64,000 nucleotides of DNA from Macrostomum hystrix. Lineage: Eukaryota; Animalia; Platyhelminthes. Location of the stretch: contig CATNEN010000002.1 of assembly GCA_950097015.1 (NCBI GenBank), forward strand, positions 8,246,001 to 8,310,000, written 5' to 3'. Below, one piece after another: positions 42,276-51,123 of this stretch (position 1 is its first letter; every line of letters begins with the position of its first letter). A program made the translations under genes and the position numbers. The notes beneath the pieces were generated by a model. That model searched no databases and was not told the DNA's origin. It worked only from the letters and a program-made list of their open reading frames with translations.

Positions 42276-43238
42276 CTAATCAAGGCGATCTTTCTCTCGA
42301 ACGAAAAAATCCGGAGGAAGCACGAAAAATAAGGCGTTCTCCGCTTCAAGCTGCCTCTCCGCCAAGATCTCGGGCTCTTCGGAAATGGATTCCAGTCGGC
42401 AGCCAACCTCAGGCTTCGATCGGACTCTAAACCATACTCTAGGCTTTGCTGCTGCTCTTGCAAGCAACTCTTTGTCTGGTTGTTCATGAATGGATTTGAA
42501 GATGCAATCTGGCCCCGAGCAGACTGGCTTCGCACTGGACACTTCGCTCTTCGCGGCATCATCCGGTTCCTCCTTTAAAGACGCCAGCTTCCAAGCCTGT
42601 TGGCGTCCTCTTGCTCTGGCCTTCGCCCTGGGTCTCGCTTTCGACCTGGCTAGCTTTGTTTTCAATTTTCTAATCTCGACGACAAGTGTTTGCTGGAGCC
42701 GTTTCGAATCCACAGTCTGCACTACGGGTCTGTAGTTGTACAGGTTTTCTGGAACCTGTCTGCATCGTAAAGCATCAATGTCTGGCTTCTCAGCGCGATC
42801 AGAAACTTTCAGCCGCTCAATTGGCGTCTTCGCTTCAGGCTCTTTGTTAGTCGCCAGCTCGTCTTCATCCTGCCAGACCATTGTGCTGATACCCGCCTGA
42901 TCTTTTGGCAAGGTCAACTTCAGCTTCCAAAACACTCGGCGCGCTCTAGATGTTTCATCTGTCCCTGCTGTTGCGCTGGATCTCGCACTCGCCATCGCTA
43001 TCTTCTTTATCTCCGCAGCAATCAATTCTTGGACCCTGGCAGTCGACTGCTTCGCTTGCTCCGTGATGATACTTTCCGCATGCACACTGCGCATGTAAAG
43101 CTCCCTAATGGCACGCTCATTGGCTTCGTAATCCAATCGCTGCGGTCCCAACGGCACTTGCACTTCCAGAGCTTTTGTCTTTCGTCGACTCCACCTTCTG
43201 GCCAGCGCGTTGATGATGCCTCGAAAGCAATTAGCCAT
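42276..43238 (-). CDS. Orphan single-exon protein (about 320 aa; basic, helical/coiled-coil-like)
   Basis: Stop-free non-repetitive ORF of about 1 kb; first ATG at 43238 (MANCFRG). No family motif recognised. Confidence 0.55.
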   Translation of the reverse strand: MANCFRGIINALARRWSRRKTKALEVQVPLGPQRLDYEANERAIRELYMRSVHAESIITEQAKQSTARVQELIAAEIKKIAMASARSSATAGTDETSRARRVFWKLKLTLPKDQAGISTMVWQDEDELATNKEPEAKTPIERLKVSDRAEKPDIDALRCRQVPENLYNYRPVVQTVDSKRLQQTLVVEIRKLKTKLARSKARPRAKARARGRQQAWKLASLKEEPDDAAKSEVSSAKPVCSGPDCIFKSIHEQPDKELLARAAAKPRVWFRVRSKPEVGCRLESISEEPEILAERQLEAENALFFVLPPDFFVREKDRLD

Positions 43239-43496
43239 CTTTGTTGCTAAATTTGTAGCTTGAGAATTGTTTAAGAATCCGATTAGAATGTGGGGGGGAG
43301 GGGCCACTTGGGCTGCGGCTCGGCCGCAGTTTTATTCGGACCCGCAACCCGTACGGCGGGGTTTTAGCCCTAGACAACTTTCTCTAGGGAGCTGCCTAAG
43401 ACATAGACTTTTAAAAAATCTAAGTTTTAGTGACAACATGTATTTACTCACAGTCAGCAAAATGAGAGTGAGAATCGTTCGTTCGTTGATGATGCT

Positions 43497-44400
43497 GTAG
43501 TGTCGGCATTTCTATTATCTAATGCATATATTTCTACTTGAAGTAACCTATTCACACAGTCAATATTAATGAATTATGAGCTATTATAATGTATGTTATA
43601 GGTTAGTTGCCAGTGCATGCGCGCCCCAGCCAGGCCTACGCACGCGACCGGCCGGTCACCCTGGGCGGGCAGTTATGGTACATATAATTGATTATTGCGC
43701 TGTGAAGGCCCCTTTATCTTCCTTTTCTTTTCCGTGTTGTATAGATATATATATATATATATATATATATAGATACATAGCAACAGTTACCGAGACAGGT
43801 AACCGGTCCAACCAGCTAGTTGGAGAAAACCCCACACTCAATCCCACATCAGTAAGTATCTTGAGCTGAGCTCGGCACGTCTGGCCAACTGCTGACGGAG
43901 TGTTAGACAGGGATTGGTAAGTACATATGTACTCTCCATATCGCCGACAATCATCGGTCGGACGCCGTCGAATTGACTTTTGGTGTTCGACGATAGAACT
44001 ATTGACGATAGAACTATCGTTGTGCCATAGTGCGGAAGTGCTTGCTGGTCGCCTCGGTTTCAGACTAGGACTTTGGGTTAGGTTTTCGTGTTATTGGGCC
44101 TCGTTGTTTGTCTTGTTTTGTTTTTGGGACTATCTGGTTTTTGTCCAGGAGTTTTTTGTGTTAATCGTCATGTTATTTTCGTGAGTTCTTATTATCGTCC
44201 AGAGCATTATCGAGTTGAGATCGAGTTAGCGTGATTTCGTTATTATCGAGTAGAGTTCGCGTTGTTGTTCTTGTGTTGAGGTTATTGAGATTTTTTGAAG
44301 TAAATTAACAGTGCGAATTGTGAATTGAATATTGAATTTAATTAAGTACAGTACCTGGCAGTGGACGGACAGACCGCTGCCAGGGCAATTAATCAGTCAT
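43497..44400 (+). mobile_element. LTR-like repeat starting TGTAGTGTCGGCAT; second partial copy at about 39105-39180
   Basis: About 75 bp shared between 39105 and 43497; TG start; internal (TA)n at about 43745-43770. Right boundary uncertain. Confidence 0.35.
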
Positions 44401-45808
44401 AGCCCTTCTCTTATTAGCTAATTAACACTAAAATATCAGCTGTTTAGCTTCGACTTTTGAATCGTCTTGTCTTTGTTATTTTCGAGTTACGGCAATAGAA
44501 TCTCTCGCAAAGAGTAGGACACCGCTCACGAGAGCAGAAGTTGCCAGTTTTTTTCTGGAAAAACTACTTTTCAAAAGTAGGTATTGTACATTTTAAACCA
44601 TGGCTTTCACGACCCAAAGTCATCTGCAAGAGGCTCTGGGTCTCAAACGTAGCGTAAATCAGATTTATGACTGCTGTCGGACGCAGTTTGTTTTTATAAA
44701 CGCTTCAAAATCGACTCTTTTGAAAATTAGCCAAATTAATTTGCGATGAGTTTATCAACAGATTGCAGATTACTAAAAAACCGCAGCAATGCTTTACATG
44801 CGACACAAATGAATTTGAACCGTCCTTTGAGCTCACTAAAAATAGGACTTGCCTCACGCAGACGGAATTTCTGTAGCAGGCCCTGTGCGGGAGACACCAG
44901 CGAAAGTTTCTGGTACAGAACTGCTCAGGCGAGAAGAGACTAGATAAGGCTGTCTTGCTAAATCTAAAAAAAAACAGAAGACACAATCAATTAAAGTGCA
45001 AGAAAACAGTAAAATAGGCATTATTTTTATGAGAGCAGACGAAAAGAAGAGCAGAAGTGAGACTGAGTGCAAGAAGGTCAGTTTGTTCATTTTAGTAGAC
45101 TGCTATAGAGACAAATGCAATATGCAATAAATTGTGGATACCATCACAATGGTCCTGGTTCAAAGGCAGGTGTGCGCTCAGTTGAGCCGAGTTTGCGACA
45201 GACAATGGCGTAGTGGGTCTGTCGCAACAGGTTTGACTGGGTTCGGCAAAGTGGCGGACTTTTCGACAGGCTTATTAGCGAGGGGAGGAGCAGGGGCTGA
45301 CGGGGCCGCGTCCGTCAAAATGCGGCTTCAATTTTCTCTGCTCCTAACCTGGGCTCCAGCATCAGCCGGAGAGCGGCACTTTGAGGGTCGCGCACCGAGC
45401 TGGAACTCGTCCAGCCGATTGTTCTCTCTCTCATTTTTTATGCTGTTAGCTGGATGCTCTAGGCTTCGATTTTGCCTTTTCCAGAAGCTAGGAAAATAAA
45501 GAAACTAAGAGAGAGAGAGGAGTGAGAGAGAAAACGCGTTCAAGCACAGAGCCGCTGTAGAAAGCACGCTATAGCGGCCTGCCTTCTCCAGTCTTACCCT
45601 TGAACTGCCACCCTGCCCTGGTCATGTCAATATCTCACGGGGGGCCGCTCCACCTCCACCTCGATAAAAAGGCAGACAGAGTGTCTTAAGCAGTGACGTT
45701 TTGAATAACCAGACATAAGGCAGCTCGTTTCTGAAGCTTTACTAGAGCGTTTAGAAACGAGAAAATCCTAGAGCAGAGGACGAGACGTCAAGCAATTTAG
45801 CAGCCGAC

Positions 45809-48800
45809 ATGAGCAGCCTGTGGCTCGCCTACCCTACAGTGGCGAAGCTCCACGCACTGCTTGACGACGGTGCTAGCGCTGACAGCCGCCAGGGCGGTCA
45901 GACGCTGCTGCACCGAGCTGCGGCCGACAACAATATCGAAGTCATCCGCCTGCTGCACGAGCGCGGCGCCAATCTCAACGTCCTGGACACTGGAGGAAAG
46001 TCGGCGCTCAATGTGAGCATGGAAAAGCGCCATTTTGAGGCGGCTGCTGAACTACTCGAGTTGGGAGCGGATCCCAACAATGCCACATTGAACACGGAGT
46101 CCACTCTTCACCAGGCGGCCGCTCTCAAGGACTCACGCTTCATCCAGCGCCTGCTCGCGCACGGAGCCAAGTGCGACACCGCTGACCGACTGAACGACTG
46201 GCCAATCCACCGAGCAGTGCTGGAGGAGTACTTGGACACTGTCGGCATCATCCTACACAGCAGCCCAGAGCACATTAATACCAATGGAAACAGAGGCCTA
46301 ACGCCGCTGCACATCGCGGCCACCAATGGAAACGCAGAGCTGTTTGCCATTCTTATCGAGCACGGAGCGGACGTTGGGGTAAAGGACTTGCGTGGCCGAA
46401 CACCGCTTGATATAATTATCAAAAACCAGGACAGTCCGATTCTTGATACCTACGGATATCTTCTGGCGAACAAGGTCGTCAAGTGTCCCGAGGCCAAAGG
46501 CTTCAGCACAGTGTTTACCACGCAAGCTGCCAAGGATTTTCTGGACACTTTGACAAAGATCGACAATGAGTACAGGCGCACCTTTGTTGAAAATGATTCT
46601 GGTGTTGAGTACTTCCAGAACCGCCTCGACGAGACTACAAACGAAATGCTTCTGAAGTACATCGAGTCCGATGAAAGAATCGACATAAACGAGTTTGTGC
46701 AGATTATAATTCGCGCTGTGAGAAACGGACTGGTGGATGAGATCATCTCAAAGAAACTGGTGCCGAAAATAGCAGAGAGCATTTTTCGACACGTGCTAGT
46801 ATCTGAAAACGAGACTCTACTTCAGGAGATAATGAATCTCGGAGTTCTCTGGGGCAAAATCGTTCATTACCTTGAACATAACATTGTCAGAGCTTACGAA
46901 AAGACTCTGGTGGCCAAGCAGGTCGGAATTCGAGGCCTAGTCTGGCGAGAATGCCTAAAAGACGAGGATGACGAAGTTGAACGCGAGGAGGAGAAGCAAA
47001 CGAGCATTCACGAGTCTAATGATGAAGTAATACGCGAGCAGCCCATGCGGGTTTCCTACGACAAGTTGCACTTGCTCGTGTCCAAGACCACCAAGTTGTG
47101 GCAGCTGAGGCACACCGACTTTGTAGACGAGCGGACCGACCACTGCGACATGCACACGCCGGTCGAGGTGATGAAGGACCCGGTCCAGACGTTGGCCATG
47201 TGGAGTGTACTCACTGGTCGGTTTAAGCTAACACCGCATCTGCTGCGTCAGGAACCGTACGACCTGATCCCGCAGGCGCTTCTCATGGCCAAACTGTTGC
47301 GCTCTCTAAGTATACTCAGAGGCATTGAAGATGTCTGCAGAAATAAGGCAATCAACATGGCGAACACTTGCGAGAATGTCGCTATTCAAGCCTTAAGACG
47401 AGTCAAAGAGTTCGACACGTCGCAGAACAACATTCTGACCATGGAGTACTTGAGGCTGCCTCTGCGATCCTACGGTGACTATGATGCGATCGACTTAGCC
47501 GCCCGGGGCGAGTCCAGCAACTTTGTCACAATAGACGTTGTGCAGGATACGCTGGACATGTTCTGGTACTCGGACTTCTTCTTCGTCCGCAGCAACTTCT
47601 GGAAGATGGAGGGCGCCATCATTCTGGGCTTTCTGCCTCCATTTATGCTGCTGCTGCCGCTGATCATGGAGAGCTTCCGGAAGGAGTCGCCAACCTTCAA
47701 GAATCCCGAGCTCTTGCAAGACAGCAAATTCGTGCAGGTGAAGAGCGCCCTGCACAGCCATGATGAACAGCACGGACACGGGCATGGACACGGGCAAAGG
47801 CATGGTTCATCGGCCGACCAGCAGCACGAGATGACAGGCGTGGCCGAACGGCTTCTGCCGCAGAGGGCGGAGGTTGAAGTGATCCCCAGCAAGCCATCGT
47901 ACATTCGACGCGTCGTAAAGGAGTTGAACGCCTTCTATGACATACCCTGCGTGAAGTTCCGCTTCCACGTAACAGCTCACGTTCTCTTTGTTCTGCTTCT
48001 ATCCTTTGTCGTGATGCGCCTGTTCGGCAAGCGGATCAACACCTGGGAGGTCATCTGCTACTTGTGCCTCTTCGGCTTCCTAGTTGAGGAGATCAACGAG
48101 ATCATAAAGAGTAGAAAAGACGAGTCGCTGGCGTCCTACTTCTCGGACGGGTGGAACCTGATTGACCTGACTGCCATTCTATGCGGCATCACTAGCTTCC
48201 TCTTGAGGCTGGACGACGAGGCGGTCGGCAATTCCGAGAACGTTCGATACTGGGCCCTTGTGCTGCTGTCAACAACCTGCCTGGTCTACTGGATTCGCCT
48301 GCTGTTTGTGTCCGTTATTCTGCAGAGCCTCGGTCCAAAGCTGAAGATGATGGCGCTAATGGTCAAGAAAGACTTCCTGCCGTTCCTATACATACTGTTC
48401 ATCCTGATGATTGGCTTCGGAGTGGTATTCCAGGCGCTGCTGTATCCGCCCACGAATTTCGGCCCCTCCTCAAACAGCCCCGGCGATTCGGACAACGACA
48501 CGTCCATAGAGGCACAAGAGATCGCCGTGCGGATGTTCCAGACGACCTTCTTCATGATCGTTGGCGAGTATGGCCTGGGAGACAAGGAGCCGTGCCCGGA
48601 TGACAAGTCAGCCGCCGCCAAGGAGGACTGCGTGCACAAGACAGGCTCCCTGCTGGTCACTAACCTCTTCATGGTCATCTACATCGTGATTGTGCAGATC
48701 CTCTTGCTGAACGTCATCGTGGCCATGTTCAGCGAGACGATTGACGCAGTGAACCGAGAGTCTACGGCCATGTGGCAGTTTGAGAAGTACGACCTGACGC

Positions 48801-49201
48801 AGGAGTTCTTCATGCGCTCCAAGCTGCCGCCCCCGTTCAATGTGCTGCTGGAGATCCGGCGGCTCATTGCTTACATCATCAGGCGCAGCCGGCGGGGCAA
48901 GAACAGCGGCGACAAGAAGGTCGCCCTGCGCAGCAACGAGAAGAGCGAGGTGGAAGTGTTCCTGTACTACCTGTACTACCAGGCTATCAGCTGCCGCGGC
49001 CAGCGCTCTACATTCAGGGGTGTGGTAATTGATGAAGAGGACTTGGACGAGGGCAACAAGATAGTCTACGAGCAGATCAAGGACATCCAGAAGGAGCTGA
49101 AGCGACTGCGCAAGCTGGAAACAATGGTGCAGAAAATGAACGCTGGAAGCCGGCCGCAGCAGCCGCAGCGCCTTCCACCCCTGGCTAACCAAGAGTACTG
49201 A
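45809..49201 (+). CDS. Intronless TRP cation channel: N-terminal ankyrin repeats plus TRPM-type MHR4, S1-S6, TRP box and coiled coil (1130 aa)
   Basis: About 5-6 ankyrin repeats (QTLLHRAA, TLHQAA, PIHRAV, TPLHIAA, TPLD) in aa ~10-205. TRPM-like DPVQTLAMWSVL..ALLMAKLLRSL (aa ~457), FYDIPCVKF, LGPKLKMM..D, pore FFMIVGE, S6 LLLNVIVAMFS, TRP box MWQFEKY..LPPPF (aa ~988). Confidence 0.93.
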   Translation: MSSLWLAYPTVAKLHALLDDGASADSRQGGQTLLHRAAADNNIEVIRLLHERGANLNVLDTGGKSALNVSMEKRHFEAAAELLELGADPNNATLNTESTLHQAAALKDSRFIQRLLAHGAKCDTADRLNDWPIHRAVLEEYLDTVGIILHSSPEHINTNGNRGLTPLHIAATNGNAELFAILIEHGADVGVKDLRGRTPLDIIIKNQDSPILDTYGYLLANKVVKCPEAKGFSTVFTTQAAKDFLDTLTKIDNEYRRTFVENDSGVEYFQNRLDETTNEMLLKYIESDERIDINEFVQIIIRAVRNGLVDEIISKKLVPKIAESIFRHVLVSENETLLQEIMNLGVLWGKIVHYLEHNIVRAYEKTLVAKQVGIRGLVWRECLKDEDDEVEREEEKQTSIHESNDEVIREQPMRVSYDKLHLLVSKTTKLWQLRHTDFVDERTDHCDMHTPVEVMKDPVQTLAMWSVLTGRFKLTPHLLRQEPYDLIPQALLMAKLLRSLSILRGIEDVCRNKAINMANTCENVAIQALRRVKEFDTSQNNILTMEYLRLPLRSYGDYDAIDLAARGESSNFVTIDVVQDTLDMFWYSDFFFVRSNFWKMEGAIILGFLPPFMLLLPLIMESFRKESPTFKNPELLQDSKFVQVKSALHSHDEQHGHGHGHGQRHGSSADQQHEMTGVAERLLPQRAEVEVIPSKPSYIRRVVKELNAFYDIPCVKFRFHVTAHVLFVLLLSFVVMRLFGKRINTWEVICYLCLFGFLVEEINEIIKSRKDESLASYFSDGWNLIDLTAILCGITSFLLRLDDEAVGNSENVRYWALVLLSTTCLVYWIRLLFVSVILQSLGPKLKMMALMVKKDFLPFLYILFILMIGFGVVFQALLYPPTNFGPSSNSPGDSDNDTSIEAQEIAVRMFQTTFFMIVGEYGLGDKEPCPDDKSAAAKEDCVHKTGSLLVTNLFMVIYIVIVQILLLNVIVAMFSETIDAVNRESTAMWQFEKYDLTQEFFMRSKLPPPFNVLLEIRRLIAYIIRRSRRGKNSGDKKVALRSNEKSEVEVFLYYLYYQAISCRGQRSTFRGVVIDEEDLDEGNKIVYEQIKDIQKELKRLRKLETMVQKMNAGSRPQQPQRLPPLANQEY

Positions 49202-49765
49202 CGGATCGGACTTTCATGCTGGCGTCTACTTCAACGCGAGTCATCACTTCTGTTGTTGCGATTTTCAGCCAACATTCTATTGGCTAGATTCTATATCGCC
49301 AACATAACTGGCTAGACTAGACAAATATTTATTTAGTAGGGAAAATGAGAGACTTTTAGTTGACGATTTTTAACACACTCACCCAGATGTTTCGCATAGT
49401 TTTTAATTGTTTACTCCATCAGCTCGTTAGTAACAATCGACTCGACATAAAAAAACAACAGAAATCAATCTTGTTAGCCATAATAAGCTAGTTCCATCTG
49501 ATGTTTGACTCAACTTCGGTCGGAACTCCAAGGATTTGCAAAGCTTCGCCATGCTTCCGGAGTGGCCCAAAAGTACATGCCCTGCTCAGCCATTCTTCTC
49601 ATTCCGCAGTTTTCCGGCCCGCAAGCCGGGTTTTTCTGTTATTTGCGTCAAATATTTTTGTTCTCATTTTTTAGTAGACAATTATTATTATTTAAATATA
49701 CAAATCCAGAAGGCTTTATTAAAACTTTTAAACTATGACTATGATTAAATATGTAGAAGAATATA

Positions 49766-50062
49766 GGCAGAGAGTAGACATTGAGGTAGGCAGAGGGTAG
49801 ACATTGAGGTAGGCAGAGAGTAGACATTGAGGTAGGCAGAGGGTAGACATGGAGGTAGGCAGAGGGTACACATGGAGGTAGGCAGAGAGTAGACATCGAG
49901 GTAGGCATAGGGTAGACACTGAGGTAGGCAAAGAGTAGACATTGAGGTAGGCAGAGGGTAGACATGGAGGTAGGCAGAGGGTAGACATGGAGGTAGGCAT
50001 AGAGTAGACATTGAGGTAGGCATAGGGTAGACATGGAGGTAGGCAGAGGGTAGAAATGGAGG
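49766..50062. repeat. Minisatellite, 23-bp unit
   Basis: Unit GTAGACATTGAGGTAGGCAGAGG. Confidence 0.93.
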
Positions 50063-50391
50063 TACTGGTGAAGGAGGTAAAAATAAATCACAAACAGAAG
50101 TCGCTTCAAGACATTTTAAAAATTACTGCAGACGAAAATCTTATTGCGAGGCTGCGAACCAAATGTTTTATTTTGGCACAGCGGCAGCCATGATTTTGCG
50201 CTTGGGGCTGAATCAGACTGAAAAATACTGGGCATTGCTTCCAGATGGAAGATGGTAATGTCACAGTCATTGAAAAAAATCATTTAGTAGCAGAAAAGAA
50301 GAACAAATTGAACAGGCCTTAGTACAGGCCTGTTAATACAAGTTAATACAAGAGTTCAAATATAAGATACTCGTAATTATTCTCGACCAGC

Positions 50392-51123
50392 TGATTCCAG
50401 CACCCACCACCCCACAGCTCAGTCCAGCACCCACCACCCACCACCCCATAGCTCAGTCCAGCACCCACCACCCCATAGCTCAGTCCAGCACCCACCACCC
50501 CATAGCTCAGTCCAGCACCCACCACCCCACACCTCAGTCCAGCACCCACCACCCCATAGCTCAGTCCAGCACCCACCACCCCATAGCTCAGTCCAGCACC
50601 CACCACCCCATAGCTCAGTCCAGCACCCACCACCCCATAGCTCAGTCCAGCACCCACCACCCCACACCTCAGTCCAGCCCCCACCACCCCCGCAGCTCAG
50701 TCCAGCACCCACCACCCCCGCAGCTCAGTCCAGCACCCACCACCCCATAGCTCAGTCCAGCACCCACCACCCCATAGCTCAGTCCAGCACCCACCACCCA
50801 CCACCCCGCAGCTCAGTCCAGCACCCACCACCCCGCAGCTCAGTCCAGCACCCACCACCCCATAGCTCAGTCCAGCACCCACCACCCCATAGCTCAGTCC
50901 AGCACCCACCACCCCATAGCTCAGTCCAGCACCCACCACCCCATAGCTCAGTCCAGCACCCACCACCCCACACCTCAGTCCAGCCCCCACCACCCCCGCA
51001 GCTCAGTCCAGCACCCACCACCCCCGCAGCTCAGTCCAGCACCCACCACCCCACAGCTCAGTCCAGCACCCACCACCCCCGCAGCTCAGTCCAGCACCCA
51101 CCACCCCGCAGCTCAGTCCAGCA
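50392..51123. repeat. Minisatellite, 27-bp unit, abutting the SNX stop codon
   Basis: Unit CTCAGTCCAGCACCCACCACCCCATAG. Confidence 0.95.

Noticed and set aside
45797-49192. Minus-strand ORFs opposite the TRP gene
   Set aside because: Antisense shadows of a GC3-rich CDS.
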